Shown here one piece after another: positions 37,594 through 48,007 of a stretch of 64,000 nt of DNA. The first letter of the stretch is position 1; each line of letters begins with the position of its first letter. Position numbers and translations under genes: made by a program. The stretch comes from Myxococcales bacterium (GTDB lineage Bacteria; Myxococcota_A; UBA9042), in contig JBBISH010000019.1 of assembly GCA_037441385.1 (NCBI GenBank), positions 1 through 64,000 of the forward strand. Direction: 5' to 3'. The notes under the pieces are model-generated. The model was not told the DNA's origin. It searched no databases and saw nothing but the letters and a program-made list of their open reading frames with translations.

Positions 37594-38883
37594 ATGTACC
37601 GCAAGAATCTCATCGACTATGTCAGCCCCGAAGCCGCCGTCCAGTGTGTCCGTTCGGGCGATCGTGTATTTGTTCAGGGCGCTTGCGCTCTGCCTGCTGT
37701 GCTGGTTCAGGCCATGACGGCGCGGTCCGCCTCGCTGCGCGGTGTCGAGGTGGTGCACCTCCACACCGAGGGGCCGGCCCCGTATCTGGCGCCCGAGCTG
37801 CGCGACAGCTTTCGCCTGAACGCCCTGTTCGTGGCCGGCAATGCCCGCGAAGCGGTGGGCGACGGCCGCGCCGACTACCTGCCCGTGTTCCTCTCTGAGG
37901 TGCCGAACCTGTTTCGCCGCGGCGTGTTGCCCATCGACGTCGCGCTGATACACGTGTCGCCGCCGGACAAGCACGGCTACTGTTCGCTGGGCGTCTCGGT
38001 GGACGCGGCGGCGGCGGCCGTGCAGACCGCGCGCTTGGTGGTGGCGCAGATCAATCCGCACATGCCGCGCACCCACGGCGACGGTCTGGTGCATGTGTCG
38101 CAGCTGCACGCCGCCTGCTGGGTCGATGTGGAACTGCCCGAAATTCCTCCGCCCAAACTCGGCGAGACCGAACTGGCCATCGGTCGCCACGTCGCGGACT
38201 TGGTCGAAGATGGCGCGACGCTGCAAATGGGCATTGGTGCGATCCCAGACGCCGTGTTGGCGGCGCTGGGCCATCACCGCGGGCTGGGTATCCACACCGA
38301 GATGTTCAGCGACGGCCTGGTCGATCTCGTCCATACCGGCGCCGTCACCGGCGAGCACAAGCGCATCCACCCCGGCAAGATCGTTGCCGGTTTTGCCATG
38401 GGCACGCGCAAGCTCTACGACTTCATCGACGACAACCCCGACGTGGCGATGCTCGACATTGCCTACGTCAACGACACGGCCGTCATTCGCCGCAATCCGC
38501 GCGTGACCGCCATCAACAGCGCGATCGAGGTCGATTTGTGCGGCCAGGTCTGCGCCGACACCATCGGCACGCGCCAGTATTCGGGCGTAGGCGGGCAGAT
38601 GGACTTCATCCGCGGTGCGGCCCTGTCCGAAAAGGGAAAGCCGATCATTGCATTGCCCTCTGTGACCTCCAAAGGGCGGTCGCGCATCCAGCCGATTCTG
38701 CAGCCGGGCGCGGGGGTCACCACCACGCGTGCGCACGTGCACTACATCGTCACCGAGTACGGCGCCGTCGACTTGTACGGCAAGAACCTGCGTCAGCGGG
38801 CGCGCGCCCTCATCGACATCGCCCATCCCGACCATCGCGCGATGCTGTACGAAGAGTCCGAGAAGCGCTTTGGTCGCCTGTAG
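37594..38883 (+). CDS. Acetyl-CoA hydrolase / 4-hydroxybutyrate CoA-transferase family
   Basis: TLQMGIGAIP, GIHTEMFSDG, SGVGGQMDFIRGA, IVTEYG, IAHPDHR. Confidence 0.93.
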   Translation: MYRKNLIDYVSPEAAVQCVRSGDRVFVQGACALPAVLVQAMTARSASLRGVEVVHLHTEGPAPYLAPELRDSFRLNALFVAGNAREAVGDGRADYLPVFLSEVPNLFRRGVLPIDVALIHVSPPDKHGYCSLGVSVDAAAAAVQTARLVVAQINPHMPRTHGDGLVHVSQLHAACWVDVELPEIPPPKLGETELAIGRHVADLVEDGATLQMGIGAIPDAVLAALGHHRGLGIHTEMFSDGLVDLVHTGAVTGEHKRIHPGKIVAGFAMGTRKLYDFIDDNPDVAMLDIAYVNDTAVIRRNPRVTAINSAIEVDLCGQVCADTIGTRQYSGVGGQMDFIRGAALSEKGKPIIALPSVTSKGRSRIQPILQPGAGVTTTRAHVHYIVTEYGAVDLYGKNLRQRARALIDIAHPDHRAMLYEESEKRFGRL

Positions 38884-38940
38884 GCGCGCGCTCGCCAAGC
38901 CGCTACACTGCAAACAGCACGCAGGTTCCGCGCGCGGCCG

Positions 38941-39852
38941 ATGGGCGTCTCGATCATGAAGCCACACAAGGGTCTCCGCCTGCACGGTCGCGGCTGGGCC
39001 ACCGCGCTAATCGGGGCGCTGTTGTTGCTGTTGCTGTTGCCTGCCGTGGCGTGGGCCGTGCCTGGGCCCCCCTCGCCTGGCCCGGCGATGCGCTGGGTCG
39101 ACGCGCCGCGCGGTCGCGAGCACCTGGACACCGCGATCTGGCACTACGCCCGCGGCAAGCAAAAGGTGGACCTGATCGGCGCCGTTCACGTGGCGGATCG
39201 CAAGTACTACTGGCTGCTCACTGCCCTTTTTACCAAGTACGACCGGTTGTTGTTCGAGCTGGTCAAGCCCGAAGAGCTGGACGTGCGCACCATGGGGCCC
39301 AGCGATGGCAAGCTCTCGGCCGTGCAGCGCTGGCTGAAGGACCGGCTGCACCTGGAGTTCCAGCTCGACAACATCGACTACCGCGCCCGCAACTTTGTCC
39401 ATGCCGACATCGACAGCGCCCGCTTGGGCGCGCAACTGCTGGCGCAGGCTGGCGATTTGGTGGCGTCGCTGCTGGCGTTTTCGATTACGGACTCGGCCCG
39501 CCTGACCCATGCGGATGGCTCGGCGCGGCTCGGCGCCGTCGAACTGGCCTTGGCGTTGGCGGCGCAGGACCAGGGCCAGGCGCTCAAGCGCTACCTGGGC
39601 CGCGAGCTGAGCGAAGTCGACTTTGGCTCGGACGAATTCGGCGGCTTGGGCTTTGGCTCCGTGCTGATCCGCGAGCGCAATCAAGTGGCCATGCAAGTGC
39701 TGCAGCGCGAACTGGCCAAGGGTCGGCGTTCGCTGGCGATTTTCTACGGCGCCGCGCACCTGCCCGACATGCACAAACGCATGATCGCGCTGGGTTTCGC
39801 GCCCACGGGCCAGGACTGGCTGGTGGCGTGGCAGCTGCTGCCGGCGCGCTAG
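38941..39852 (+). CDS. Secreted hypothetical protein (TraB/GumN-like motifs)
   Basis: Signal peptide, LIGAVHVAD, LIRERN, FYGAAHLPD; start may be 38956. Confidence 0.65.
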   Translation: MGVSIMKPHKGLRLHGRGWATALIGALLLLLLLPAVAWAVPGPPSPGPAMRWVDAPRGREHLDTAIWHYARGKQKVDLIGAVHVADRKYYWLLTALFTKYDRLLFELVKPEELDVRTMGPSDGKLSAVQRWLKDRLHLEFQLDNIDYRARNFVHADIDSARLGAQLLAQAGDLVASLLAFSITDSARLTHADGSARLGAVELALALAAQDQGQALKRYLGRELSEVDFGSDEFGGLGFGSVLIRERNQVAMQVLQRELAKGRRSLAIFYGAAHLPDMHKRMIALGFAPTGQDWLVAWQLLPAR

Positions 39853-39880
39853 GAGCGTCTCGGGGTAGTCCGACAGGCTG

Positions 39881-40041
39881 CTAGAGACTCGATCAGTTTA
39901 GGGTTTCTCCGTACATACGGACTCGAGAATTCGGCGCGGCGAGTCGCTGTAGGCGCTCGCTTGCGCCCCACTTGGGGCTAGAGACGCGACCGGCAGAACG
40001 AATTACTGAACGAATGAGCAGTAATTGGTCGCGTCTCTAGA
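39881..40041. repeat. Family A element, copy 2 (more complete, CTAG-bounded)
   Basis: CTAGAGACTCGATCAGTT ... CTAGAGACGCGACC (39978) ... GGTCGCGTCTCTAG (ends 40040). Confidence 0.88.
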
Positions 40042-40921
40042 ACACGGCCCAGCCGCGCGGCGGCAGCACCCGGACTTGTGGGGCCTGGTCGCACGCCGCG
40101 ACTTCCTGCAGGAACCCCGCAAGATCGTTGCTGGGAATCTGCCGCGCCGGGGAATCCAGCGGCGTCCAGAACTGATCCCAGTGGCACGGAATGAGCCACT
40201 TGGGGCGCAGGGCCTTGACCACCCGCTGCGCGAAATTGCGCACCGAGTGCCGGCCAATCGTGCAGCACAGCACCACATCGGCCTGGATGCCCATCATCTC
40301 TACTTCGACCAGATCTGCCGACCCCACGTGGTAGACCGACGGGCCTTCGCCCTGCACGTACAGGCCAAAGACCTGGCCCACGCGCCACGACCACACCGGC
40401 GCCGGACCGGGCAACGGTCGCGCGATCGGCCCGGGAAACGGCACCCGCCCGGCCAAGAACGGGCTGTGTTGCGACCGCACCGGCCGCAGCCGAAAAGGCC
40501 CTTCGTCGTAGGACTCGCCGCGCCCCTCCATCCGCACTAGCTGCGCCTCGGGCACGCCACAGCCGCGGCACCAATTCAGTGTGTCTTCGGCACCGTACAC
40601 GCGGGCCCCGTGCAGCTTGGCGATCGCCGGCGCATCCAGCGCGTGATCGAAGTGGCTATGGCCCACCATCACTGCGTGCGCCTTGTCCACGTCGCGCTGG
40701 ATATTCGCCAACTTGGGCGCGATGCGGGTTGTCGCCAGCTCCCATAGGCTGTGGCGCGACAGGTGCGGGTCCAACCAAAGGTGGTGACCGCGCGAAACAA
40801 CTCGGAATCCAGCCGTTCCCAGCCATTGCAGGGCCAGCGGCACGGCGTCGCTTGGCCGCGGGTCGCTTGGGCCCAGCAGCCCGTCCACCTTGCTGGTCCA
40901 GCGGCTGCTGCCTTGGCCCAT
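40037..40921 (-). CDS. Metallo-beta-lactamase fold hydrolase
   Basis: WLGTAGF, GHSHFDHALD, IPCHWD. Confidence 0.88.
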   Translation of the reverse strand: MGQGSSRWTSKVDGLLGPSDPRPSDAVPLALQWLGTAGFRVVSRGHHLWLDPHLSRHSLWELATTRIAPKLANIQRDVDKAHAVMVGHSHFDHALDAPAIAKLHGARVYGAEDTLNWCRGCGVPEAQLVRMEGRGESYDEGPFRLRPVRSQHSPFLAGRVPFPGPIARPLPGPAPVWSWRVGQVFGLYVQGEGPSVYHVGSADLVEVEMMGIQADVVLCCTIGRHSVRNFAQRVVKALRPKWLIPCHWDQFWTPLDSPARQIPSNDLAGFLQEVAACDQAPQVRVLPPRGWAVF

Positions 40922-40940
40922 CGTTGCCCTCGCTATGAAT

Positions 40941-41996
40941 CTATCGAGTTTGTGCGTACTTGTAGCGGCAATTGGAATCGATCACCGTCGCGGCTTCTTC
41001 GGGCGTGCTCTGCACCTCGGCTTGGGCGTTGCCCTTGATCAGGTACGTTACGGGGTGCATCAGCGATCCCACGGCCTTGCGCGCCGCCCAGTTCAGGTCG
41101 GCCAGATCGTCCTCGCGGCTCACCTGTTTTTCGCCCGTCAATGCCATCGCCGCCCGGGCGTTGCCGCGCTTGGCCAGGATCTGCACTTGATAGGGCACGC
41201 GATAGTCGTTGCTGCTGTCCACCCGCTCGTCCGAACGCACTTCCTTGACCACTTCGCCAGCAAAGGCCTTGCCTTTGCCCACCGCGACCAAGAAGCCCAG
41301 CGGCCGGCCGCCGCGCTCGGAGGGCAGGACGATGTAGTCGGCCACCAACTGCGTGCCACCAAAGCGGAACATCTGCACAGCGCGGTCGTAGATGCGGTGG
41401 GCCGGCGCGGTCGAAGCCTCGTGCACCGCGTACCCGTTCGAGGTCGTGTCAAACGTGCGCCCCGCCGCGTCGACGCAGTGGATGGCCACGCGCGCGACTG
41501 GAGCCATCAGCTCGCGCCAGATGTAGCCCGATCCTCCCTTGTCCACCACCGAAAACGGCGACATCCAACTTGTAACCGTCACGGTGGCGGTCAAGTTCTC
41601 AAAGGCGAATTGAGCCGTCATCGTGCCGCCTTGCGAGCTCAGGCTGTGCTTGCCCGCGGTGATGCCCATGCGGTCGCTGCTGGTGCTGTAGTCGCCGCGC
41701 GCAAACACTTCGTGCCCGTAGAAGGTGCCGCCGGGCGCCTCTTGCCGCAGCGTGACTTCCAATTGCCCGCGCTTGAAGCCGGCGTTGGCGACCGAGAAGC
41801 GCATGAACGTGTCTTGGCCCGCGCCGTTGCTGGCGCGCAGGGTCACGTGTTCGACCGCTTGGCCCTCGTCGGCAAAATCGCCTTTGCTCCATTGCATAGG
41901 CGTCGACGCCACACCCGCGTGCGCAGGGCTGGCAAACAGCAGCACGTTCAGCGCGGCGATGAGCACGACCAAAGTCGAAGAAATGGATTGCAGCAC
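40941..41996 (-). CDS. Secreted hypothetical beta-rich protein
   Basis: GTG start after AGAAGGA; signal peptide ending ASPAHA. Confidence 0.75.
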   Translation of the reverse strand: MLQSISSTLVVLIAALNVLLFASPAHAGVASTPMQWSKGDFADEGQAVEHVTLRASNGAGQDTFMRFSVANAGFKRGQLEVTLRQEAPGGTFYGHEVFARGDYSTSSDRMGITAGKHSLSSQGGTMTAQFAFENLTATVTVTSWMSPFSVVDKGGSGYIWRELMAPVARVAIHCVDAAGRTFDTTSNGYAVHEASTAPAHRIYDRAVQMFRFGGTQLVADYIVLPSERGGRPLGFLVAVGKGKAFAGEVVKEVRSDERVDSSNDYRVPYQVQILAKRGNARAAMALTGEKQVSREDDLADLNWAARKAVGSLMHPVTYLIKGNAQAEVQSTPEEAATVIDSNCRYKYAQTR

Positions 41997-42008
41997 GGTA
42001 GTCCTTCT

Positions 42009-43187
42009 CTAGAGCGGGCTGTCCGACCCCGCTGCCGGTTCAACGCCACGCACCCCTGCACGATTCACCTGCGCGCGCCGGTGGGCCCCAGCCAACTGAC
42101 CGCACGCGCCGCCGATATCACGCCCGTGGGGATGGCGCACCATTGCACGAATTCCTTGATCCAACAGGAATTTTTGGAAGTTCCAGACCTGCTCAGCCGG
42201 CGGCGCACGCAGACCGTGGTCGGGGCCCGGATTGGCCGGGATCAAGTTAACCCGCACCGGCAGGCCCGCCAGCCAAGCACACAGCAACTCCGCGTCGGTC
42301 AAGCTGCTATTGGCGTCGTCAAAAAGGATGTACTCGACCAGCACGTCGCGCCCAGGCGGCAGATGCGCCAGCAAGGCCGCCTTCAACGTTGCCAGATCAC
42401 AGCGATCGTTGATGGGCATCCAGGCCGACCGCCGCGCGTCGTCGGGCGCGTGCAGGCTGACGGCCAGATGAGCCTGAACCTCTTGAAAGAACTGCCCGAT
42501 GCGCTGGGCGACCCCGACCGTGCTCACCGTAACATGCCGCCACGACAGCCCGGCGCCCAGATCGTGGGTCAACACGGCCACGGCGGTCGCCACTTCGGCA
42601 AGATTGTCCAATGGTTCGCCCATGCCCATGAACACGACGTTGCGGATCGGCGGCCGCTCTGGCGCGTGGTGCCGCCAACTCCGCTGGGCCATCCGCAGCT
42701 GCGCCACGATCTCGGCGGCATCCAGGTTGCGCACCAGTCCGCCGCGACCGGTCTCGCAAAACGCACAGCGGCGGCCGCAGCCGACCTGGCTGGACAGGCA
42801 AATGGTGGTGCGCGTCCCGGTACTTGCTGGAATGACGACGGTTTCGATCAGATGCCCATCGCGGGTGCGCAGCAAGAGCTTGCGCGTGGCGTCCGCGCTG
42901 CCGCGATCCTCTACGATCTCGAGCGGCGGCGGGGGTAACACCAACTCGCTCAATGCGTTGCGCACCGACTTGCCGCAGCCCGCCAGCAGGTCGGGCCAGG
43001 GCGCCTCGCTCCTCCACGTGCCGTGGGCCAAACGGAGCACCGCCAAGCGCGCCTGCTGTGGTCGACAACCTTTTGATTGTAGGGCAAGAATCAGCTCGTC
43101 GGGATCCCAGCCGTCCAGGGGGCGCGGCGGGAGCGCTGGGGTGGCCGGAGCAAGGGTGGGCAGGGCAGCGGGCATCCGCCACAGCAT
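42009..43187 (-). CDS. rlmN: RlmN-family radical SAM RNA methyltransferase
   Basis: TICLSSQVGCGRRCAFC, FMGMGEPLDN, SLHAP, DIGGACGQL; start uncertain (43175-43211). Confidence 0.9.
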   Translation of the reverse strand: MLWRMPAALPTLAPATPALPPRPLDGWDPDELILALQSKGCRPQQARLAVLRLAHGTWRSEAPWPDLLAGCGKSVRNALSELVLPPPPLEIVEDRGSADATRKLLLRTRDGHLIETVVIPASTGTRTTICLSSQVGCGRRCAFCETGRGGLVRNLDAAEIVAQLRMAQRSWRHHAPERPPIRNVVFMGMGEPLDNLAEVATAVAVLTHDLGAGLSWRHVTVSTVGVAQRIGQFFQEVQAHLAVSLHAPDDARRSAWMPINDRCDLATLKAALLAHLPPGRDVLVEYILFDDANSSLTDAELLCAWLAGLPVRVNLIPANPGPDHGLRAPPAEQVWNFQKFLLDQGIRAMVRHPHGRDIGGACGQLAGAHRRAQVNRAGVRGVEPAAGSDSPL

Positions 43188-43343
43188 CGCGGACGCCCGC
43201 ACGGGCTGCAAGCGATTTGACCGCGGCGGCCACCCACACGGCAGGGTGCCCCGCGTGGCGCTTTGGCTTGCTCGCGGCTCAGATCCAATCTAGTGTGTCG
43301 GGGTCCGCCTTTCTGCGCGGCGCGCCCGAACCCAAGGATCCTG

Positions 43344-45320
43344 ATGCGCTTGGCTACCGCGCTCGCCGCCCCGCTCTTGGTGCTGGCGGCCCTGACGACT
43401 GCAGTGGCGCCGGCTTGGAGTGAGCCGGAAAGCGACGGGCAACGCTGGCCGCGTGGCCATCCCGTCGAAACCCCGCTGCGCGCCGTCTTCCAGGCCTGGG
43501 AGCGCGGCCAGTCCGTCGGCGATCTACCGCAAATTCATGCTGTTCAGCGTCGCTGGCGCCGATCGCCTTGGCAGCAAGGGCGCATCGCGGTCGAGCTGCT
43601 GGCCACCGCATCCGAGGCGACGCGCACGTGGAATCCGTGGCTTGTGCAGCGCGGCGCCCAGATCGAGGCGGATGGCGAGACCGCGTGGCTGGTCTGGCTG
43701 CCGCCGGCCGTTCTGCCCAACCTGAGCCAACTGCCGGCTTTGCAGACTGCTCGGCTGCCTTGGCCGCTGCGAACTCAGGCCGGTCCCACGCAGACGCAGG
43801 GGGCGCGTGCCATCGGGGCCGTGCGGACGCAGTGCGGCGGCGCCGACGGCAGCGGCGCGACCGTCGTGGTGGTCGACAGCGACTGGCATGGCCTGAACGC
43901 CGCCATCGCGTCGGGCGAACTTGGCAATTTTGCTGGAAAGATTCCCTATCAGGCGCCCGGTCCAGACAGCTATCACGGCACGTCGTGCGCCGAAGTCATC
44001 GCCGACATCGCCCCCGGGGCCACGATCTTGGCTCAGCCGGGAGAGACGCTGGCTCAACTCCAGTCTGCGCTTCCCAAAATGGCCGCGGCCGGCGCGCAAG
44101 TGGTCAGCTTGTCGGGCGGCTGGTCGACCGGCTGGTCGTTTGGCGACGGAACGGGGCCCTTGTGCACGTTGGTCAGCAAGCTCGACAAGTTGGGCGTCGC
44201 CTGGATCAACGCTGCCGGCAACGAGGCCGACGGGCAGATCTGGCACGGGAGTTGGGCGGATGTCGACGGCGACGGCTGGCTGGAATTTGAAGGTAGCAAA
44301 GAAGTCAATCAGTTCTACGCGTACGAAGGCTATGCCGTCGACCTGGAGATGGACTGGGACGCCTATCCTGTGACCAGCGTGGACCTGGACTTGTTCGTCT
44401 GCTCGTCTTCGACGCCGTGCACCCAGGTCGCGGCGTCCAAGTCGACCCAGGACGGAGGGCAATCCCCTTGGGAGACCCTTAGTTTTGACCCACCGAGCTC
44501 TGGCGCCTACTACGTGGCGGTCAAAGGCACGGCCAAGACGCCGACCGGCTTGCGGGTGCGGGTGGTGGCGAGCGGGACATCCCTGGCTTTGTCCAAAGTT
44601 TACGGCACCCTGACGCACCCTGCCGACTGCTCGGCGGCCGTCGCGGTCGGAGCCGTGGATGTGGCCAAGTGGTCCAAGGGCAAGCCAGTTTCGTATTCCT
44701 CGCGCGGACCCACCTTTGATGGCCGGGTCAAGCCCGAGTTGGTCGCGCCGACGGACGTCGAGACCTCGCAAGATGATGATTTTGATGGCACATCTGCGGC
44801 TTGTCCGCATGTGGCCGGGGCCGTGGCCCTGGTCATGCAGCGCGACGGCCTGACGCCGCAGCAAGCCGTTGCCAAGCTGGTGGCCGGGGCCGACCCTGTG
44901 GGCGCGCCGATCCCCAACAACGACACGGGAGCCGGCAAACTGCGCTTGCAGGGCAGCGACGCGTGGTGCTTGATCGAGGACGACGGCCTGCCGTGTACGG
45001 CCACTTGCGGGTCGGAAGGCGTGCTTGCGTGCGCCCAGGATTGCGCACCGCGAACTTGCGCCACTGCGACGCCTTGTGCTCAAGACTCCGACGCTGCCAG
45101 CCGTGTGCCCCAAGACACTCAGGACGCTGCCTCGAACCCACTCGACGGGTCCAGCGACACTGCCCCGGCCCCGGCCAAGGCCGCGGCGACCGGCAGTGAC
45201 GGGGGCTGTTCGGCCGGCTTGGTCGGTGCCCGCGGGGCCTTCGCGGCGTGGCTTGGCCTGTTTGCCCTGGGGTTGGCGCGGCGCTCGGCCCGGCCGCGTG
45301 CTGCACGTGCAATATTGTGA
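43344..45320 (+). CDS. S8 serine peptidase with inserted domain and MYXO-CTERM-like tail
   Basis: VVVVDS, HGTSCA, AAGNEA, GTSAACPHVAG; C-terminal DGGCSAG...LGLFALGLARR. Confidence 0.88.
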   Translation: MRLATALAAPLLVLAALTTAVAPAWSEPESDGQRWPRGHPVETPLRAVFQAWERGQSVGDLPQIHAVQRRWRRSPWQQGRIAVELLATASEATRTWNPWLVQRGAQIEADGETAWLVWLPPAVLPNLSQLPALQTARLPWPLRTQAGPTQTQGARAIGAVRTQCGGADGSGATVVVVDSDWHGLNAAIASGELGNFAGKIPYQAPGPDSYHGTSCAEVIADIAPGATILAQPGETLAQLQSALPKMAAAGAQVVSLSGGWSTGWSFGDGTGPLCTLVSKLDKLGVAWINAAGNEADGQIWHGSWADVDGDGWLEFEGSKEVNQFYAYEGYAVDLEMDWDAYPVTSVDLDLFVCSSSTPCTQVAASKSTQDGGQSPWETLSFDPPSSGAYYVAVKGTAKTPTGLRVRVVASGTSLALSKVYGTLTHPADCSAAVAVGAVDVAKWSKGKPVSYSSRGPTFDGRVKPELVAPTDVETSQDDDFDGTSAACPHVAGAVALVMQRDGLTPQQAVAKLVAGADPVGAPIPNNDTGAGKLRLQGSDAWCLIEDDGLPCTATCGSEGVLACAQDCAPRTCATATPCAQDSDAASRVPQDTQDAASNPLDGSSDTAPAPAKAAATGSDGGCSAGLVGARGAFAAWLGLFALGLARRSARPRAARAIL

Positions 45321-45445
45321 CAAATCAGGTTGAACCAGGACTATCGTCATCCTGCCGGAATTTCGAGCTACCACCGCAGGATGGTTGCGCCTGCGGTTTC
45401 CCTGTCGCCCGCGATCCGGCGCTTGGCTACCCGCCAGGAGGCATC

Positions 45446-46927
45446 ATGTTCGAGACCGCAGAACTTGGCCACAAGATTGACAAAGAGACCTTTGCCGCCG
45501 AACTTCCCGCTTTGCGCACCGCCTTGCTCGATGCCCAATTCGAGTTGCTCAAGACCAAGAAGTTCCAGGTAATTCTCCTCATCGGCGGCGTCGACGGCGC
45601 GGGCAAGGGCGAGACGGTGCACGCGCTCAGCGAGTGGCTGGATCCGCGGCACATCGAGGTGCACGGCGTGGGCGCACCCACCGACGAGGATCGCGCCCGT
45701 CCCGATATGTGGCGGTTTTGGCGTGTCCTGCCGCCGCGCGGCAAGATTGGCGTATTCTTTGGCAGTTGGTACACGGCCCCGATCGTCGGGCGCGTGCTGG
45801 GCACCGAGTCGTCGGCCGACTTCGACCACCATTTGGAATCGATCAACCGGTTCGAGCGGATGTTGGCCGACGAGGGCGCGCTGGTCCTCAAGTTCTGGTT
45901 CCACTTGAGCAAAAAGGCCCAGAAGAAGCGCCTGGAGAAGCTAGAGGACGACCCTCGCACGCGCTGGCGCGTTACCAAGCAGGACTGGAAGAACTTTAAG
46001 AAATACGACGAGTTCAAAGAAATCTCGGCGCGCGCGCTGCGCGAGACCAACATGGCCCACGCCCCGTGGATCGTGGTCGAGGGGCAAGACGAGCGCTACC
46101 GCAGCTTGACGGTGGGCCAGACCATCCTAGCGGCCCTGCAGGCGCGGCTCAGCGCTGCGGCGGCCGTGGTACAAGCCAGCGCCCCGGCTCCGGTTCCGGC
46201 CATCGATCACGTCAACATCCTGGATCACGTCGACCTGACCGCCAAGACCGAGAAAGCCGAGTACGAGACGCGGCTTGAAGAGGCGCAGGGCAAGCTGTCG
46301 GTGCTGCTGCGGCGGCCCGAATTCAAAGAGCGCTCGCTGATCTTGGCCTTTGAAGGTTGGGATGCAGCCGGCAAGGGCGGCGCGATCCGCCGGGTGACGG
46401 CCGCGCTCGACCCGCGGAGCTACGAGATCACCGCGGTGGCCGCGCCGACCGAAGAAGAGCGCCTGCAACCGTACTTGTGGCGGTTTTGGCGGAAGCTGCC
46501 GGGGCACGGCCGCGTCGGCATCTTCGATCGCACCTGGTACGGCCGGGTGATGGTCGAGCGCGTTGAAGGATTCTGCAAAGAGAACGACTGGTTGCGTGCC
46601 TACTCCGAGATCAACGACTTTGAGGAGCAACTGGCCAAATCCGGGGCGATTGTGTGCAAGTTCTTCTTGCACTTGTCGGCCGACGAGCAGCTGCGTCGCT
46701 TTGAGGAGCGGCAGAAGTCCGAGTTCAAACGCTTCAAGATCACGGAAGAGGACTGGCGCAATCGCGAGAAGTGGCCGCTCTACGTGCAGGCGATCTGCGA
46801 CATGGTCGACCGCACCAGCACCGAGATCGCACCTTGGACCCTCGTCGCGGCCGAGGACAAGTACACCGGCCGTCTACAGGTTCTAGAGACGATCGCTGCC
46901 CGCCTCGAAGCCGAACTCGATCGCTGA
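45446..46927 (+). CDS. ppk2: Polyphosphate:AMP phosphotransferase (two-domain PPK2)
   Basis: MFETAELGH start after AGGAGG; GVDGAGKG and EGWDAAGKGG; FDRTWYGRV. Confidence 0.95.
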   Translation: MFETAELGHKIDKETFAAELPALRTALLDAQFELLKTKKFQVILLIGGVDGAGKGETVHALSEWLDPRHIEVHGVGAPTDEDRARPDMWRFWRVLPPRGKIGVFFGSWYTAPIVGRVLGTESSADFDHHLESINRFERMLADEGALVLKFWFHLSKKAQKKRLEKLEDDPRTRWRVTKQDWKNFKKYDEFKEISARALRETNMAHAPWIVVEGQDERYRSLTVGQTILAALQARLSAAAAVVQASAPAPVPAIDHVNILDHVDLTAKTEKAEYETRLEEAQGKLSVLLRRPEFKERSLILAFEGWDAAGKGGAIRRVTAALDPRSYEITAVAAPTEEERLQPYLWRFWRKLPGHGRVGIFDRTWYGRVMVERVEGFCKENDWLRAYSEINDFEEQLAKSGAIVCKFFLHLSADEQLRRFEERQKSEFKRFKITEEDWRNREKWPLYVQAICDMVDRTSTEIAPWTLVAAEDKYTGRLQVLETIAARLEAELDR

Positions 46928-47004
46928 CCGTCCGCGACCGCTGGCTTCGCCGCTACCCTATTGCCGCGCCTTGGCCTACTCTTGCGCCGCGCTTCCGCCC
47001 TGGC

Positions 47005-47050
47005 AGTGGAGCGCAAGCGAGCGCCTGTCGCGACTCGTCGCGCCGTATTC
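47005..47050. repeat. Family A central module, copy 3 (opposite orientation)
   Basis: AGTGGAGCGCAAGCGAGCGCCTGTCGCGACTCGTCGCGCCGTATTC matches the reverse complement of copy 2 at 40/46. Confidence 0.8.
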
Positions 47051-47116
47051 CCCGGCGCTGTCGCCCAGAAAATCGCCGTATTGACCCTTTGTCCGGGCTG
47101 GGGCTCCAAGACCGCT

Positions 47117-47986
47117 ATGCTCAACCACTACTTGCCGATCCTGGACCGGTGCGAGCCGTTCCTCATCGCCCACGACGGCATCGCGCCGATTCTCCAGACC
47201 AGCCCAGCTGGTCTTTCGATCCCGCCAGCGAACATCTTCCATCCGCAGCACCGCAAGAATGGGCCGTTTCTGCGGATGTTGGCGCTGGTCGACAAGCTGA
47301 CCTTTGGCCCGTTCGGCATGGACATGCCCGGATGGGTTTTCTACGACTGCGCGGTGATGCCCGGCGCGGTGTTTGGCCTGGGTATTCGCGCCGCCAATCT
47401 GGAACCGTGGGCGCGCCAGGCCATGGAAGTGCCTGAAGACTATGAAGGTCTGGTGCCGGTCAGCCAGTTCATCGCGATCCCGATCCTTGCTGGCTTTGCC
47501 GGGGGCCAGGCGGTACCTACGACGTGGCTGCTGTACACACTGGAGTCGATGAATCAGATCTCGCCCGGTATCGCCCCGTTTGGCACGCTGCACCTGACGC
47601 TGTACCTGGGCCTGCAAGTGTTCCCCATTCAAGAGCTTTGGGGCACGACCCAGTGGCGATCGCCCAAAGTCGAGATCTACTCGGACCTGGGTCCGCTCGA
47701 ACTCGTGACCGCCTATACGCCGGCGCACTCGATGCCGCGGACGTTCTCGTTCCGGATGCAGCCGCGGAGCGAGATGCTGAGTTCGGTGTTGGCCGCGCCC
47801 CGTGCCCACCCCGACGCACCGCCGCCCAATGCCTTGTTGGATGCCGACGACCCCAAGGCCATGATCGACCTGCAGCGCGAGATCGAGGCAGGGCACCGCG
47901 TGGTCGTGGTCGGCCGGCCGCTGAACCACGGTACCTATGTGCGCGTGCCACTGTTCCGCGAAAAACTAGTCCAATCGCCCTATTAG
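47117..47986 (+). CDS. Hypothetical protein, paralogue of 48008..48865
   Basis: Shared blocks LTFGP.GM.MP.WVFYDC, GLVPVS, TQW, TAYTPAHS. Confidence 0.85.
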   Translation: MLNHYLPILDRCEPFLIAHDGIAPILQTSPAGLSIPPANIFHPQHRKNGPFLRMLALVDKLTFGPFGMDMPGWVFYDCAVMPGAVFGLGIRAANLEPWARQAMEVPEDYEGLVPVSQFIAIPILAGFAGGQAVPTTWLLYTLESMNQISPGIAPFGTLHLTLYLGLQVFPIQELWGTTQWRSPKVEIYSDLGPLELVTAYTPAHSMPRTFSFRMQPRSEMLSSVLAAPRAHPDAPPPNALLDADDPKAMIDLQREIEAGHRVVVVGRPLNHGTYVRVPLFREKLVQSPY

Positions 47987-48007
47987 ATCCCGCTGCCGAG
48001 GTTGCCC

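Noticed and set aside
45348..45408. Overlapping 8-bp inverted repeats upstream of ppk2 (CATCCTGC/GCAGGATG; ACCGCAGG/CCTGCGGT)
   Set aside because: Short GC-rich stems with no U tract or recognisable aptamer; could be chance
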